From Thermoplasmata archaeon (GTDB lineage Archaea > Thermoplasmatota > Thermoplasmata > RBG-16-68-12 > JAJISG01), in contig JAZFPV010000034.1 of the NCBI GenBank assembly GCA_036444795.1, positions 1 through 41,589 on the forward strand: DNA of 41,589 bases. The letters run 5' to 3'. Made by a program: the position numbers and the translations under genes. Of the stretch, positions 13,730-21,754 are shown one piece after another. A model generated the notes under the pieces. The model was given only the letters and a program-made list of their open reading frames with translations, made no database searches and was not told where the DNA came from. How positions within the stretch are numbered: position 1 is the first letter of the stretch; each line of letters opens with the position of its first letter.

Positions 13730-13902
13730 CGGGCCCGCGGGGACTTTCGCTGCGCCTCCGGACGAGGCGCAATTTCGAACCCCGGACCATCTGGTTTCAG
13801 CGCAATCGCTCCCAGGAATTGCTCCCAGAGCAATGCCTAAAAGCCAGACGCTCTTTCTAGGGACCAGCCTCCGGCCGTCCAACCTAGCTGAGCTACGGGC
13901 CC
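13730..13902 (-). tRNA. tRNA-Lys (anticodon UUU) with three predicted introns: D-loop 13855-13881, anticodon loop 37/38 13796-13837, T-loop 59/60 13744-13773
   Basis: The reverse complement reads GGGCCCG TA GCTC AGCTAGGT[27]A GAGC G TCTGG CTTTTA[42]A CCAGA TGGTC CGGGG TTCGAA[30]T CCCCG CGGGCCC G. Splicing in silico gives a 74-nt canonical cloverleaf. The D-loop and T-loop inserts fold into bulge-helix-bulge motifs by eye. Confidence 0.75.
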
Positions 13903-14068
13903 AGGGGGCGGCGGTGCGCAGGGTCAATTCACGCTCCAGGCTCGGATAAACCTTACGGTGTGTCATGTCGGGCCAAGGCGCCTTCGATGCGCCGGGCCGT
14001 GGGGTGGCTGCGAGCCATAATCGGGGTCGTTCTTTTAATCCTCTCCTCCCGAAACGGGCCGGGAACCC

Positions 14069-14076
14069 TTTTATGC
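14069..14076 (+). promoter_or_regulatory. TATA-like box (CTTTTATG) ~29 nt upstream of the GTG at 14098; implies a leaderless or near-leaderless transcript
   Basis: An isolated AT-rich octamer in a GC-rich spacer, at the distance expected for an archaeal TATA box relative to a start-codon-proximal TSS. Confidence 0.4.
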
Positions 14077-14097
14077 GCCTTGGGGCTAGAACAAAGG

Positions 14098-14271
14098 GTG
14101 TTGGCCTGGATCGAGACCCAATGCACCACCTGCGGTCGTCCCTTGACGGAGCAGGGCTCCGTGATCTTCCGGTGCCCCCGATGCGGAGATACGACCATCG
14201 GACGCTGTGTCCGCTGCCGGGATCAGAGCGTACCCTACGCCTGCAAGAAGTGCGGCTTCCAGGGTCCCTAG
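14098..14271 (+). CDS. Small Zn-ribbon protein with four CxxC pairs (COG2888 / HVO_2753-like, translation-associated)
   Basis: 57 aa from the GTG at 14098: CTTCG...CPRCG...CVRCR...CKKCG. Lies immediately upstream of aEF-1beta, a pairing I recall as conserved in Euryarchaeota (recalled, not checked). The longer 103-aa ORF from 13960 was judged an artefactual extension. Confidence 0.7.
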   Translation: MLAWIETQCTTCGRPLTEQGSVIFRCPRCGDTTIGRCVRCRDQSVPYACKKCGFQGP

Positions 14272-14279
14272 GTGATCGA

Positions 14280-14540
14280 GTGGGGCGCGTGGTCGTCACC
14301 TTCCGGGCCATGCCGTCGGGGCCCGACGTGGAAATTTCTGCAATCCGGGCGGATTTGCACGCGTTCTTTGGAGAGGATCTGCGGGATCTTGTCGAGAAGC
14401 CGGTGGCCTTTGGCCTCGTCGGGCTGGAGGCCGTCGTCCTCCTGGAAGACGCGGGGGGACGCCTGGAAGCGGCGGAATCGGCCATTCGAGGGTTGGAGGG
14501 CGTCGGGAGCGTGGAAACCCTCTCCGTGGACCTTGTCTGA
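14280..14540 (+). CDS. Translation elongation factor aEF-1 beta
   Basis: 86 aa from the GTG at 14280: (M)GRVVVTFRAMPSGPDVEISAIRADL...VAFGLVGLEAVVLLEDAGG...VGSVETLSVDLV, matching the typical aEF-1beta length and pattern. Confidence 0.8.
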   Translation: MGRVVVTFRAMPSGPDVEISAIRADLHAFFGEDLRDLVEKPVAFGLVGLEAVVLLEDAGGRLEAAESAIRGLEGVGSVETLSVDLV

Positions 14541-14573
14541 CCTTGTTATCCCCCCCGCGCCTCGTGGAAAAAG

Positions 14574-14583
14574 GATTATATAA
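14574..14583 (+). promoter_or_regulatory. BRE/TATA-like element (GGAAAAAGG-ATTATATAA) upstream of the MscS gene
   Basis: The strongest AT-rich island in the spacer, ~30 nt upstream of the GTG at 14608. Confidence 0.45.
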
Positions 14584-14607
14584 CTGCCTCTGGGTCTTCC
14601 GGAGGCC

Positions 14608-15963
14608 GTGTCGCCCTATCCCCTCACCCTGCTGGACGACCTCACCCAGTTCGTCCTGACGTTCTGGCCGGCGTTCGTCCTCACCTTCTTCATCTTCGTG
14701 GCCTTCCTCTACATCTACGCCTACCTGAACCGCTTCTTCGAGTACCTGAAGGCCCAGGAGAGCCGGTACCTGGACGGTCGAGCCTTGGAGCTCATCAAGC
14801 GGGTCCTCATCGGCTCATGGACGTTCCTCGGCCTGGCTGTGGTCCTGGTGGCGTTTTCGGCCGGCTCCCCCCTGATCCGGGACTACACCATGCAGGTCAT
14901 CCTGCACCTGCCCTCCATTCTCTTCGTCACCTTCGTCTTGATGGCGGCCATCGTTGCCCCGGGCGCGGTGCGTCGTTACCTGACCTATCTCCGAGGCCAG
15001 CTGGAGGAGAAACCCGAGAAGGTCATCCCGGCCCGATCTTTCGCCGTCACGGAGGTCCTCGTCCGGTACGCCCTCTACCTGTTCGGGATCGTGGTGGCCA
15101 TCATCGGCGGCCTGGCCTTGCTCCCCCCGCAGAATTCGACCGTGGCGGACTTCATCGATCGGTTCATTCTGGCGCCCCTCGCACCGTATCTGAGCGCTTC
15201 CTTCCTCACGGTACTCATCGCCACCTTCGTCATCATGGCCATTGCCGTGCGGGTGGCGGATTCCTTCTTCTCGGACTTCAAGGTTCGAACGACCAAGTAC
15301 AACCCCCGGGTCCTGGAGCTCTTCCGAACGACGACGAAGTACGCAATCTCCGCGGGGGCGGCCCTGGCCATCATCTTCCTCGTCCTCTCCGTCAACTTCT
15401 CCGCCGATCAGTTGCTCCTCATCGGGCTCATCTTGATCATTGGGGGCTTCGCAGGTGTATTGGTCTTGTACGAAGCCATCAGCGACGCCCTCGCGGGGGT
15501 CGCCCTCATCAACGCGGACCCCTACCAGGAGGGAGACCGCATCAAGATCGGAGAGAACATGGTCGCGGACGTCCTGGAGGTCAACCTCACCCTCACGAAG
15601 GTGAAAAACCTCCGGGGGGAGGTGGTGAACCTCCCGAACAAGGCGCTGCTGGCCGAGACCATCACGAACTTCAGCCGGTCCAAGACCTACGCGATGACGG
15701 TGGACATTACGGTGAGCTTCGACCGGCCCCACCGGAAGGTGGAAGCCCTCCTGACGGAGGCAGCCCAACGGGTGGAGGGTATCCTCAAGGATCCCGCACC
15801 TGTCGTGTACGCCCGGGAAATTCACGGGAACGCAGTAAGCTACCAGCTCTGGGCCTACATCTCGGATCCGGCCCAGATGAAGCAGATCAAGAGCGAGCTC
15901 ATCTCCCGGGCCCAGGAGCTGTTCCACGAGGAGAACATCAAGCTTCTGTTTCTACAGGTTTAG
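14608..15963 (+). CDS. Mechanosensitive ion channel, MscS family
   Basis: Multiple N-terminal TM helices followed by the MscS beta-domain signature GDRIKIGENMVADVLEVNLTLTKVKNLRGEVVNLPNKALLAETITNFS. Confidence 0.85.
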   Translation: MSPYPLTLLDDLTQFVLTFWPAFVLTFFIFVAFLYIYAYLNRFFEYLKAQESRYLDGRALELIKRVLIGSWTFLGLAVVLVAFSAGSPLIRDYTMQVILHLPSILFVTFVLMAAIVAPGAVRRYLTYLRGQLEEKPEKVIPARSFAVTEVLVRYALYLFGIVVAIIGGLALLPPQNSTVADFIDRFILAPLAPYLSASFLTVLIATFVIMAIAVRVADSFFSDFKVRTTKYNPRVLELFRTTTKYAISAGAALAIIFLVLSVNFSADQLLLIGLILIIGGFAGVLVLYEAISDALAGVALINADPYQEGDRIKIGENMVADVLEVNLTLTKVKNLRGEVVNLPNKALLAETITNFSRSKTYAMTVDITVSFDRPHRKVEALLTEAAQRVEGILKDPAPVVYAREIHGNAVSYQLWAYISDPAQMKQIKSELISRAQELFHEENIKLLFLQV

Positions 15964-18307
15964 CGGCCTCCAAGGCCTTGCGCACCATCAGGACGGGGGT
16001 GGTGACGCGCTTCGCGATGCGGTCCTCCAAGGGACCGAAGGCGTACTTCCGCAACACCCAGGTCGGGCTGGCCCCCATGACCAGGAGGTCGGTGTCGCGG
16101 GCGGCCCGCTCCACCGCGCTCAACACGGAGCCGGAGTAGACGATCTTGTGCTCATGGGGGACCTCCGCCTCCTCAAACACCTCCATGAGCCGGTGCGCCA
16201 GAGCGATGGCCTCCTCCTCCTGGGCCCGCTGGGGAACCACGGAGAGCACGGTGACCCTGGCGTCGTTCTCGCGTGCCAATTGGGCGGCGATCCGGGCCGC
16301 GTAATTCACGTGGGAGGCGCGACCCGCCAGGAGGGTCACCCGCTCCAGCTTCTCCTTCATTCCGGCCGTCTTCATGACGACGACGTCCACGTTGGCCCGC
16401 TGAACCAGGAAATCGATGTTGCTGCCCAGGATCCGACCGCCGCGGGCCGGCCGCTCCCCCCGCCAGCCGAGCAGGAGAAGATCCGCGCCCTCCTGCACCA
16501 CCGCCTCCAGGATCGTGTCGTAGACCCGGTGGGTGATCTTGACGACGACGGATACGGGAACGCCCACGTCGCGGGCGACCTGCTCGGCCGGACGGAGGGT
16601 GCGAATTCGGTCGTTCACGTACGAGAAGCGCACCGACTTTGGAGGCATGTTGCGAGGAACCTCGATCACGTGGAGAAGGAGGAGCTCGGACTCCCTCTCC
16701 TTGGCAATCTGGGCGCCGGCGCGGACCATCGCGAGGTTACTGGGATCCCGGATGGGAAGGAGGACACGGCGGCCCGCACGCACCCGTTTTCGAACCGGGG
16801 TGGCGATGACCTCCAGGATCTCCCGCCGAACGACAGGGGGGGTCTCGATTTCGGTCCGTCCTCCGGAGAAGAAGCGATACGCGAGGCCAATGCTCAGCCA
16901 AAGGATTGCGATGTACCAGGCGACCTGACCGGAGCTCACGCCGCCGATTTCTTGGCCAGAGAAGTTCAGCACATAGAGGGCGAGGGCGATGTTCGCGACG
17001 ATGCCTACGATCGGGATATACGGAAAGAGAGGAACCCGGAAGCCCGGATCGAGGTCGGGCCTCTTCCGACGGAGGGCGATGAGGCTCATGTTGGCGATGG
17101 CGAAGAGGAGAAGAAACATCACGGCCGCCGACGCGGCGATCTGTTCGATGGGAAGGACGAGGGCAAAAATGACGATGATGATCCCACTGACGAGGACCGC
17201 GTTCCCGGGTGACTGCCGCTTGGGGTGAACCCGTCCCAGGACGCGCGGCAGGGTCCCGTCCCGCCCCATGGCGAAGCTGACGCGTGAGGCGGAATAGAGG
17301 GTGGCATTGAGCGCCGAGGTGGTCGCGAGGAAACCCCCGACGAGCATGAGGCCGAGTCCGAAGGGGCCCGCGAGGGATTCGCCCGCCCGGATCATGGCGA
17401 GTTCCGGGTTTGCGGGAGCGCCCAGACACAGATAGGCCTGGGAGGGAACCGCGCACTCGATGACCCCCAGAGCCACGACGAAGGTGAGGATGTAAAAGAT
17501 GACGACCACGAAGATCGACAGGAAGATGGCCCTCGGGATGTTCCGTCTCGGATCCTTTACCTCCTCCCCGGACTGCGCGATGATCTCGTATCCCTCGAAG
17601 GCGATGAACGTGATACCCATCGCGAGGAGGATGCCCGCGCCTCCTGCGGGGGCGAAGTCGACCAGAAAACGCTGGGGGAGGGTCGGGTCCCGCAGCATCG
17701 CGCTGATCCCGATGACGATGAAGAGGCCGAGGACGAGCATCTTGCCTATGGTCATGGCGCTCTCGGTCCGGCCCGTGGACTGGGCCCCGATGTAGTTGAC
17801 CAAGACGAAGAAGATGACGATGAAGGCCGTGACGCCCTTGGTAAGCGGGTTGAACGTGAGGCCGCCTAAGGAGATGTCCGGGGGGAGAACGGTCGATCCG
17901 ACCGCCAGGACCTCGAGCGCCAACGCGAGAAAGCTTCCAAATGCCGCCGCGTACAGGGCACAGGCGATGAGCGTGGCGGCCCAAGAGAACCACCCGCTGA
18001 TGAAACCGACCGGGGGAGGCAGGCTCTCACGAGCCCACACATAGCCTCCTCCGGCCTGGGAATAGGCCGAGCCGAGTTCCGCGTAGGTGAACGCCGTCAA
18101 GAGCGTGACGATGCCGTTGACGGCGAAGGCGATGAGGGCCGCCGGGCCCGCAACGCGAGCCGCGGAGCCGGTCAGAACGAAAATCCCGGCCCCAATCATG
18201 GCCCCGATGCCAATCATGGTGATGTCGAAAAATCGAAGGTCACGACTCAGCTCGATGCGAACCTCGCTGCCCGCGGGTCCGCGCGCCTGCAGGACCTCCG
18301 CTGCCAT
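15938..18307 (-). CDS. APC-superfamily amino-acid/polyamine permease fused to two C-terminal universal stress protein (UspA) domains
   Basis: About 470 aa with ~12 TM segments (GAGIFVLTG, FEGYEIIAQSGEE), then two USP-like modules (RVLLPIRDPSN...LLLLGWRG and RVTLLAGRASH...DLLVMGAS). Confidence 0.85.
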   Translation of the reverse strand: MAAEVLQARGPAGSEVRIELSRDLRFFDITMIGIGAMIGAGIFVLTGSAARVAGPAALIAFAVNGIVTLLTAFTYAELGSAYSQAGGGYVWARESLPPPVGFISGWFSWAATLIACALYAAAFGSFLALALEVLAVGSTVLPPDISLGGLTFNPLTKGVTAFIVIFFVLVNYIGAQSTGRTESAMTIGKMLVLGLFIVIGISAMLRDPTLPQRFLVDFAPAGGAGILLAMGITFIAFEGYEIIAQSGEEVKDPRRNIPRAIFLSIFVVVIFYILTFVVALGVIECAVPSQAYLCLGAPANPELAMIRAGESLAGPFGLGLMLVGGFLATTSALNATLYSASRVSFAMGRDGTLPRVLGRVHPKRQSPGNAVLVSGIIIVIFALVLPIEQIAASAAVMFLLLFAIANMSLIALRRKRPDLDPGFRVPLFPYIPIVGIVANIALALYVLNFSGQEIGGVSSGQVAWYIAILWLSIGLAYRFFSGGRTEIETPPVVRREILEVIATPVRKRVRAGRRVLLPIRDPSNLAMVRAGAQIAKERESELLLLHVIEVPRNMPPKSVRFSYVNDRIRTLRPAEQVARDVGVPVSVVVKITHRVYDTILEAVVQEGADLLLLGWRGERPARGGRILGSNIDFLVQRANVDVVVMKTAGMKEKLERVTLLAGRASHVNYAARIAAQLARENDARVTVLSVVPQRAQEEEAIALAHRLMEVFEEAEVPHEHKIVYSGSVLSAVERAARDTDLLVMGASPTWVLRKYAFGPLEDRIAKRVTTPVLMVRKALEAAKPVETEA

Positions 18308-18429
18308 CTGGCGCTCCCGGCGCGCGGCTAGCAGGCCCTCCGGTTAAAAGCTTTGGCCGGTGGTTCTCGAGAGCGACCCCGCCTCCTGCTCAGAAGGAAC
18401 TTCGAGGTGGTTCAGCTTATGTAGGCCGA

Positions 18430-19337
18430 TGGACCTCCGGCCCCCCGTGCTCCTCTCGCTCGTCCGCCTCCTGGTGGGGGTGCTCCTCCTCTCCTTCGCA
18501 TCCCTCGCTGACTGGCGCACGAGACGGGTCGGGGACGCGCCCTGGGGCCTCATGGCGGTCGTCGGGCTTGGCCTCCTTGCCGTCGAGCTGATCTTGGTCA
18601 CGAGCGACCCTCTCCCGTTCCTCGTCCTTGTGCCTCCCGCGCTCCTCTTCCTTGACGTCCTTTGGGAACGGGGCGGGGGCGGATTCGCTTACGCCTCCAC
18701 CCTCCTCTTCTACGGTCTGAGCGGCCTCGCGGTCCTCGTCCTTATCTTGGGGTTTTCAGGCCAGGGACCCACCGAGCAGGCGCTGATCATCCAAGGCCTG
18801 GGCATCCTCACGGTCATCCTCCTGGGGTACGTTTTCTACTACCTCGGTCTCCTCAAGGGTGGGGCCGACGCCAAGGCCTTCATGGCCATCGGCATCCTGG
18901 TCCCGGGCTATCCTGACCTTGGACCCTTTCCGGTTCTCGCGGTCGGGCCCCCCCTCCTGGCCCCCTTCGAGCTCTTGTTCCCCTTCGCGATGACGACCCT
19001 TCTCTGGGGAGCCCTCCTCCTCATCGGGTTGCCCCTGGCTTTCCTCGTCCGGAACCTCGCGAGGGGAGACCGTCGGTGGCCCCAGCTCCTCCTCGGGTAC
19101 AAGGCACCCGTGGACCAGCTCCCCCGGTTCGCCTGGACGCTCCAAGAGATGAAGGACGGGCGGATGCGCCACCGGGTCGTCCCCCGCACAACCACCGAAG
19201 AGGCCGACCTGGAGACGTTTCGAGCTGCCGGGGTGCGCCGCGTATGGGTGACCCCACAGATCCCCTTCCTCATCCCGCTGACGCTGGGGTTCCTCCTCGC
19301 GTTTCTCGTAGGGAACCCCCTTTTTGCGCTCTTCTGA
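18430..19337 (+). CDS. A24-family aspartic peptidase (prepilin/preflagellin peptidase-like, FlaK/PibD type)
   Basis: Polytopic membrane protein with the two catalytic Asp motifs DWRTRRV and GGADAKAF. The ATG at 18430 (MDLRPPVLL) is preferred over the tracked alternative start at 18360. Confidence 0.75.
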
Positions 19338-19352
19338 GCCTGTCGGCCTCGA

Positions 19353-19361
19353 GTTTATATG
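19353..19361 (+). promoter_or_regulatory. TATA-like box (GTTTATATG) upstream of hppA
   Basis: AT-rich island ~47 nt upstream of the ATG at 19408. Confidence 0.35.
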
Positions 19362-19407
19362 CGGCTCACACCTCCTGCGCACGAGACACCCCGCGAGAGA
19401 GTGCGTT

Positions 19408-21480
19408 ATGTTTCACATCATCCTCATCGCCCTCGGGGCGGCGGGCCTCACCTTGGTCTTCGCCGCCTTCCTCATTCGGGCCATTCTCAAGGAGTCCCCG
19501 GGGGACGAGAGGATGCAGGAAATCGCCCGGGCGATTCAGGACGGGGCGGGCGTGTTCCTGCGTCGGGAGCTCACACCCCTCCTCATCTTTACCGCGGTTC
19601 TCGTCCTCGTTCTTACCTTCCTCATCCCAATCGAATCGGACTTGCTGTACCCCACCTTCCACCCGGAATTCGGACTCGCTTTCGCCCTCGGCACCGCCGC
19701 CTCCTTCGGTTCTGGCTACCTGGGGATGTGGATCGCCACCCGTGCCAACGTTCGGACCGCCAACCTGGTCGCCGGGAGCTTCCCGCGGGCGATGCGCACG
19801 GCCTTCTTTGGCGGGGCCGTTATGGGGTCCGTCTCGGTGGCCTTTGGCCTATTTGGGCTCACGAGCCTGTTCGCGGTCTTCCCCGAGGAACCGGAGGTAT
19901 GGCTGGCCTACGCCTTCGGGGCCAGTGCCGTGGCCCTCTTCCTACGCGTCGGCGGGGGCATCTTCACGAAGAGTGCGGACGTGGGGGCAGACCTCGTGGG
20001 GAAGCTCGAGGAAGGCATACCCGAGGACGATCCACGGAATCCCGCGGTGATCGCGGACAACGTCGGGGACAACGTCGGGGACGTGGCGGGCATGGGCTCC
20101 GACCTCTTCGAGTCCTACGTCTCCGCCATGGCGGCCACCATGGTCCTCGCCATCGCGCCCGCCGCCAATCTTGGCCTTGACTACGCGCTTTTCCCGCTCC
20201 TCATGGGTGCCGTGGGCCTCGTCGCCTCCATCGCGGGCATCCTCGTGGTGCGCCCCAGACAGAGGGGGAAGGGGTACGAGCAGGAGGCAAAGGCCGCCCG
20301 ATCGGCCCTGAACCTGGGCGTGTACGTGAGCACGGCCGTCATGATCCTTATAGGCTTCTTCGCCGCCCAATTCCTGCTGGGACCTGCCGGTCTGCGGCCC
20401 TTTCTCGCCTTGGTGGCGGGCCTGGTTGGAGGCTTCCTCATTGGCCTCTCCACCCAGTACTTCACCTCCGAGTACGGGCCGGTACGGGGCATCGCCGCCG
20501 CGAGCGAGAGCGGCGCCGCCATCAACGTAATTGAGGGGGTATCCATGGGGTTCCTCAGCACGGTCCCTCCGATCCTCGTGGTGGCCGGGACGACCGTAGT
20601 AGCCTTCCTTCTCGCGGACCTGTACGGCATCGCGGTCGCCGCCGTGGGCATGCTGGTCACCTTGGCCATGCTGCTCTCCACCGACGCCTACGGCCCGATC
20701 GCCGACAATGCCGCCGGCATCGCTCAGATGAGCGGACTGGGACCCGAGGCCCGAGAACGGGCGGAGGCACTCGACTCCGTAGGTAACACGACGGCGGCTA
20801 TCGGGAAGGGGTTCGCCATCGCCTCGGCGGCCCTCGCGTCGCTTGCCTGGATCGCGACGTTCCTCGTTCTGGCAGGCGTGACCGAGGTAGTCGTCTTCCA
20901 CATTCCGTTGCAGCTCACCGATGTCTACGTCTTCATCGGCCTCCTCATTGGGGCTCTCCTCGCCTTCGTCTTTTCCGCGCTGACGATGCGGGCGGTCAGC
21001 CGGGGGGCCTTCGAGGTGGTGCGCGCTGTGCGAAAGCAGTTCCGCGAGACCCCCGGACTCCGGGAGGGGAAGGTCAAGCCCGATTACGAGGCGGTCATCT
21101 CCCTCGTCACCAAGCGGGCCCTACGGGCCATGTTCCTCCCCGGGCTTCTGGTCCTCCTCGTCCCCTTGATCATCGGCTTCACGCTGGGACGGGAAGCGCT
21201 GGCCGGCCTCCTCCTCGGCGCCCTCATCGTGGGGTTCCTCCTCGCGGTGATGATGGCGAACTCAGGAGGGGCCTGGGACAACGCGAAGAAGCTCATCGAA
21301 TCCGGTCTCTACGGGGGGAAAGGAGGGGAGGCCCACAAGGCCGCCGTCATCGGGGACACCGTGGGGGATCCGTTCAAGGACACGGCTGGACCGTCCCTCA
21401 ACATCCTGATCAAGCTCGTCGGGAAGGTGGCCGTGATCTTTGCGCCCCTCTTTCTCCTCGTGGCGACGGCCTTCCCGTGA
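19408..21480 (+). CDS. hppA: Membrane-bound proton/sodium-translocating pyrophosphatase
   Basis: 690 aa from the ATG at 19408. Contains [52 protein letters not shown] and [20 protein letters not shown]. Ala in [10 protein letters not shown] (rather than Lys) suggests the K+-dependent subfamily, as I recall the rule. Confidence 0.9.
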   Translation: MFHIILIALGAAGLTLVFAAFLIRAILKESPGDERMQEIARAIQDGAGVFLRRELTPLLIFTAVLVLVLTFLIPIESDLLYPTFHPEFGLAFALGTAASFGSGYLGMWIATRANVRTANLVAGSFPRAMRTAFFGGAVMGSVSVAFGLFGLTSLFAVFPEEPEVWLAYAFGASAVALFLRVGGGIFTKSADVGADLVGKLEEGIPEDDPRNPAVIADNVGDNVGDVAGMGSDLFESYVSAMAATMVLAIAPAANLGLDYALFPLLMGAVGLVASIAGILVVRPRQRGKGYEQEAKAARSALNLGVYVSTAVMILIGFFAAQFLLGPAGLRPFLALVAGLVGGFLIGLSTQYFTSEYGPVRGIAAASESGAAINVIEGVSMGFLSTVPPILVVAGTTVVAFLLADLYGIAVAAVGMLVTLAMLLSTDAYGPIADNAAGIAQMSGLGPEARERAEALDSVGNTTAAIGKGFAIASAALASLAWIATFLVLAGVTEVVVFHIPLQLTDVYVFIGLLIGALLAFVFSALTMRAVSRGAFEVVRAVRKQFRETPGLREGKVKPDYEAVISLVTKRALRAMFLPGLLVLLVPLIIGFTLGREALAGLLLGALIVGFLLAVMMANSGGAWDNAKKLIESGLYGGKGGEAHKAAVIGDTVGDPFKDTAGPSLNILIKLVGKVAVIFAPLFLLVATAFP

Positions 21481-21529
21481 GCGAGGTCCACAATCCTTAA
21501 GGCGCCCCGTCGAATACCGGATGGGGAAG

Positions 21530-21650
21530 GGTGTGACGGCCATAGCGGCGGGGATACACCCGGTCCCATCCCGAACCCGGAAGTTAAGCCCGCCTGCGTT
21601 CCCTCTGGTACTGCGGTGCGAGAGCCCGTGGGAAGGTTGGCCTGCAAGGG
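21530..21650 (+). rRNA. rrf: 5S rRNA (stand-alone; boundaries approximate, +/- 10 nt)
   Basis: GGCCATAGCGGCGGGGATACACCCGGTCCCATCCCGAACCCGGAAGTTAAGCCCGCC...GTACTGCGGTGCGAGAGCCCGTGGGAAG matches the universal 5S loop C / helix III-IV consensus. Helix I pairing is imperfect by eye, so the ends are uncertain. Confidence 0.8.
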
Positions 21651-21735
21651 TCGTGGACCCCTGGTCTAGGCGCGCTACCCTGGTTACTTCGGTAACCGGG
21701 TGAACCGTTGCCGTTGACGGCCAACGGGTCCGTGG
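21651..21735 (+). ncRNA. Structured, tRNA-like-shaped element immediately 3' of the 5S rRNA (candidate processing element or small RNA)
   Basis: A 9-bp hairpin with a UUCG tetraloop (21679-21700, CCTGGTTAC-TTCG-GTAACCGGG). An interrupted 9-bp hairpin (21705-21727, CCGTTG-CCG-TTGA-CGG-C-CAACGG). A possible closing helix TCGTGGAC / GTCCGTGG (21651-58 with 21728-35). No tRNA consensus nucleotides. Confidence 0.3.
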
Positions 21736-21754
21736 AACGCTGTCAGCCCTTCCC

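Noticed and set aside
13702-13833. 44-codon N-terminal extension of the rpoH ORF.
   Set aside because: It would be translated through the tRNA-Lys gene. RpoH of normal size starts at the ATG at 13701, which is preceded by GGAGG.
13796-13837. Possible C/D-box sRNA embedded in the anticodon-loop intron of tRNA-Lys, by analogy with the haloarchaeal tRNA-Trp intron.
   Set aside because: Only a D-box-like CTGA is present near the intron 3' end. No C box (RUGAUGA) or C'/D' motifs are visible.
13712-14485. 257-aa minus-strand ORF spanning the tRNA-Lys gene, the Zn-ribbon gene and aEF-1beta.
   Set aside because: It overlaps a tRNA and two well-supported plus-strand genes, and its composition is Arg/Ser/Pro-rich, so it is a high-GC artefact.
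18335-18350. AAAAGCTTT-type motif (also at 36852-36860) considered as a shared regulatory palindrome.
   Set aside because: There are only two promoter-context occurrences (a third, at 25795-25805, is the coding 3' end of the GT4 gene). It is most simply explained as ordinary BRE/TATA-like AT-rich sequence.
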